Below are positions 60,715 to 64,000 of a stretch of 64,000 bases of DNA, piece after piece. Numbering within the stretch: the first letter of the stretch is position 1; every line of letters starts with the position of its first letter. The position numbers were made by a program, and so were the translations under genes. The stretch is from Octopus sinensis (taxonomy: Eukaryota), in NCBI RefSeq assembly GCF_006345805.1, contig NC_042997.1, positions 91,326,001-91,390,000 on the forward strand, given 5' to 3'. Below the pieces are notes generated by a model. That model did no database searches. It was not told the DNA's origin and was given only the letters and a program-made list of their open reading frames with translations.

Positions 60715-63700
60715 TGTATAGTTCCTATCATAAATAGCATGGTTTGTGTTTGAGTCTAAAGTTTGTCCTCATTAGATGTTTCATTGTTCATGATTAACTC
60801 TTGCCATCTTGTCTGCTTCTATTGTAGATCATACTGTGAAGTATGCTGTATTGAACATTAAATAAAACCTATCGTAAAGTCATGCCCGTATTTTGTAAAT
60901 TATCTTACTTCAATTTATTTAACATTCAAAATGGAGCGATTTCTTTGACTGGAGCACTTTGATGCTATCCTTAATCCTCCTGATGCTGCAAAGAACTGCA
61001 ACCACTGGCACTGAACTTTCAACAATTTTTCATCCTCCGTTGAAGATCAAAATCTTGATAAACTCCACTTGCTGACAAATTTTGTAGCTCTGTCAGTGTA
61101 CGAGTATATTGCAGAATGTCCTGATTATGAAACTCTTGAAAACTCGTATGTTAAACCAAGAAATGAAATAGTCGCTAGGCATATTCTTGCCACTACAAAA
61201 CAAGATCTGGATCAAACCTTAGACCAGTTTTTACAAAAACTTAAAGGATTTTCCAAAGAAAGCAACTTTAAAGCTGTTACTGCAGAAAAGAATTGTGAAG
61301 AAGCCATTTGAGATGCATTTATCAGTGGTCTAAGCTCAAATAATATCAAATAGAGACTGTTGGAAAATAAAATTCTTGACTGTCAAAGGGCTTTTAACCT
61401 GGCTTGATCTTTTGAAATGTCTGAAAAGCAATCCCTTACACAACCCATATTCTGTGGTAGTATCTCTTTGACCAAGAATACTGAATCTGAAGATAAGTCA
61501 TCTATGACAGTAGCATTGAACTCAAAATGTTTCTTTTGTGGTTACTCTTGCCATCCTATGCACAGGAGACTACCTACAAAAGATGTGGTAGAAAGGGGCA
61601 TTTCTTAAAGGTTTGCTAATCTAAGCCTAATTCTACGTGGCCTGAATTTGTATCTGCCACAGATCCTTAATTGAGTACAGTTATTACTGCAGCTGCACCT
61701 ACAAGCCTGTCTAAAGCTATTATCACTATTTCTGTCAATGATGACTCTATCAAAGCTCATGTTGACACTGGAAGTTCTGAGAGCTACATTTGCTCTGATC
61801 TTGTCAAATCCCTGGAACTAAACACTTATCCCTCAACGAGAAAGATTTCCATGGCTTCCATGAAACTTTCAAGTGTAACAAAAGGACATTGTTTTGTGCA
61901 ACTCTGCTACCAAGGTCAAGTCTATGAGAGTGTAAAAATTTCCTTGTTACCTGGACTGTGTTCAGATGTTATATTGGGACATGATTTCTTGGACCAGCAT
62001 GAAGGACTTAAGATTTCTTTCAAAGGAGAAAAGCCTACTTTTTCTGAGTGGGATAGCAGCAGCAAAAGTTGAAGCACCATACTTATTTTGCAACCTGTCC
62101 CTGGATTGCAAACCAATTGCAACAAAGTCTTGTCATTTTTCAAAGCCTGATGAACAGTTCATTGACTCTGAAATACAAAAACTGTTATGTGATATTATTG
62201 AGCCTTCAAACTCACCCTGGAGAGCTCAGCTTTTGGTAACAACAAATAAATGACACAAGAAAAGACTCATAGTTAGACAATTAACTGCTTAACTCAGCTT
62301 GATGCAAATCCATTGCTGAAAATCAACAAGATGGTTGAAAGCATATCAAGGTATGAAATGTACAGTACATTAGATCTCTGCAGTGCCTATCATCAGATAC
62401 CAATTAAGGAAGAAGAGAGACATTTTACAGCTTTCAAAGCCAGAGGCAAGTTGAACCATTTTAAACAAATTCCTTTTGGGGTCATCAATGGAGTTGCCTG
62501 TTTTCAATGTATCATAGATAATATGATTAGAGAAGAGAAAATCAAGAATACTTTTGCATACTTGGATAATATTACTGTGGAAAGAATCAAGAAGACCATG
62601 ACAAAAATTTTGCACACTTCCTTGACTGTGCTAAGATGTATAACATAACTTTCAATGAAAAGAAGAGCATTATCAGTGCAAAGGAAATCAAGTTACTAGA
62701 GTTTCAAGTATCAAAATGAAATATCAAACCTGATCCTGAGGGATTGCAACTATTGAAGGTACTTGCTGATCCATATGACTCCAAATCTCAAAAAGAGTCA
62801 TTGACATGTTTTCTTACTACTCATCATGGATTCTAATAAAGTTCATCCTCTGATAATAAAACATTCCCCTTACCAGTAAAAGTGAAAAATGCCTTTGAGT
62901 ATCTGAAAGCAGAAATCACAAAAGCAATTGTGACTATTGACTCAACTCTGCCCCTAGTGGTTGTGACGCATGCCTCAGACATAGCTATCGCAGCAACTCT
63001 TAATCAAGTGGAAAACCCATTGCTTTTTTCTCAAGATTACTGAATCCAAGTGAAAGGAATCACTCATCAACTGAAAAACAGGCTTATGCTATCGTAGAAG
63101 CATTATCTTCTTGGCAAGCATTTCAAATTAATCACAGATCAAAAGAGTATTTCTTTCATGTTTGACAATGCCCAGACGAACAAAATCAAGAATGATAAAA
63201 CACAGCGTTGGTGTATTAAACTGTCTTGCTACAGTTACAATGTTGTCTATAGATCTGGAACTGAAAATCTCACAGCTGATTTGTTATCTTTTGCTTCCTG
63301 TTCTGCTTCCACCTCAGGTAGTTCTGACAGACTTAAAGAAATCCATTCCTCTCTTTGTCATCCAAGAATCTCTAGAATGTTTCACATTGTAAAATCTAAA
63401 AACTTAATCCTTCTCCATCAAAGAAGTGAAGCAAATGACTGCAAACTGTAACATCTGCTGAGAACTCAAACCTTTCTACCATTCTGATGCTCATTTGATT
63501 AAAGCAACACAGCCTTTTGAGAGATTCAGCGTTGACTTTAAAGGACCTTTGCCTTCTAATTCCCACATGTATTTTCTTACTGCTATTGATGAACACTCTC
63601 ACTTCCCTTGTCTCGACACAAGTGCTTCAACTATCAAATGTTTTTGTAAACTTTTCTCCCTCTTTGGTATGCCTTCAGACATTCATTTTGACAGGGGGAC

Positions 63701-64000
63701 AAGTTTCATATCTAATAAACTGAAAGCAATGAACATAGCAAGGAAATTGCTACGAATAGACCTATGGCATTTAACCCCAGTGGAAATGGTCAGGTTGAAT
63801 GCCTCAATGGAACTCTGTGACACTGGCTCTGAAGACAGCATTGGCAATCACTCAGTGGGAACTGGTTCTGCAAGATTCTCTGCATGCAGTCAGGTCTCTC
63901 CTGTGTACAGCGACCAATGAAACGCCTCATGAAAGACTTTTCCAATATAACCATAAATCTACAACTGGTACAACTCTTCCCAGTTGGCTTCTATCATTGG
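60715..64000 (+). mobile_element. Decayed Ty3/Gypsy LTR retrotransposon (gag-PR-RT-RNaseH-IN), continuing past the window
   Basis: gag from ATG 60931 (..YVKPRNEIVARHILAT..DAFISGL, CFFCG), protease VDTGSSESYI, RT IEPSNSPWRAQ / STLDLCSAYHQIPI / PFGVINGVACFQ / AYLDNIT, RNase H ASDIAIAATLNQ..EKQAYAIVEA, integrase PFERFSVDFKGPLP..FLTAIDEHS..IHFDRG. Many stops and frameshifts. The 5' LTR boundary (about 60715-60857) is tentative. Confidence 0.92.

Overview
AT-rich, microsatellite- and transposon-dense eukaryotic DNA. The repeat repertoire (RTE LINEs with (GAT)n tails, Nin/CORE-type tRNA SINEs, Penelope-like fragments) most resembles an octopus/cephalopod genome, which is an inference. The only host coding sequence I can support is the terminal exon of an ADF/cofilin gene (3574-3730, +). 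There are two candidate TATA+Initiator first exons (23651 on +, 42410 on -). The rest is degraded mobile DNA: many RTE LINE copies whose RT carries an inserted PHD-type finger and whose 3' UTR carries a variable 60-bp hairpin array, mariner/Tc1, hAT, piggyBac-like and Helitron elements, solo LTRs, Penelope-like remnants, and a decayed Gypsy element running off the right end. The most striking feature is a 558-bp palindromic insertion (52181-52738) with a target-site duplication. It consists of two divergent tRNA-like Pol III heads, each followed by (AAT)n and a minimal type I hammerhead ribozyme. A second, different hammerhead lies at 49260-49308. All coordinates were read by eye, and element boundaries are approximate unless termini are quoted.
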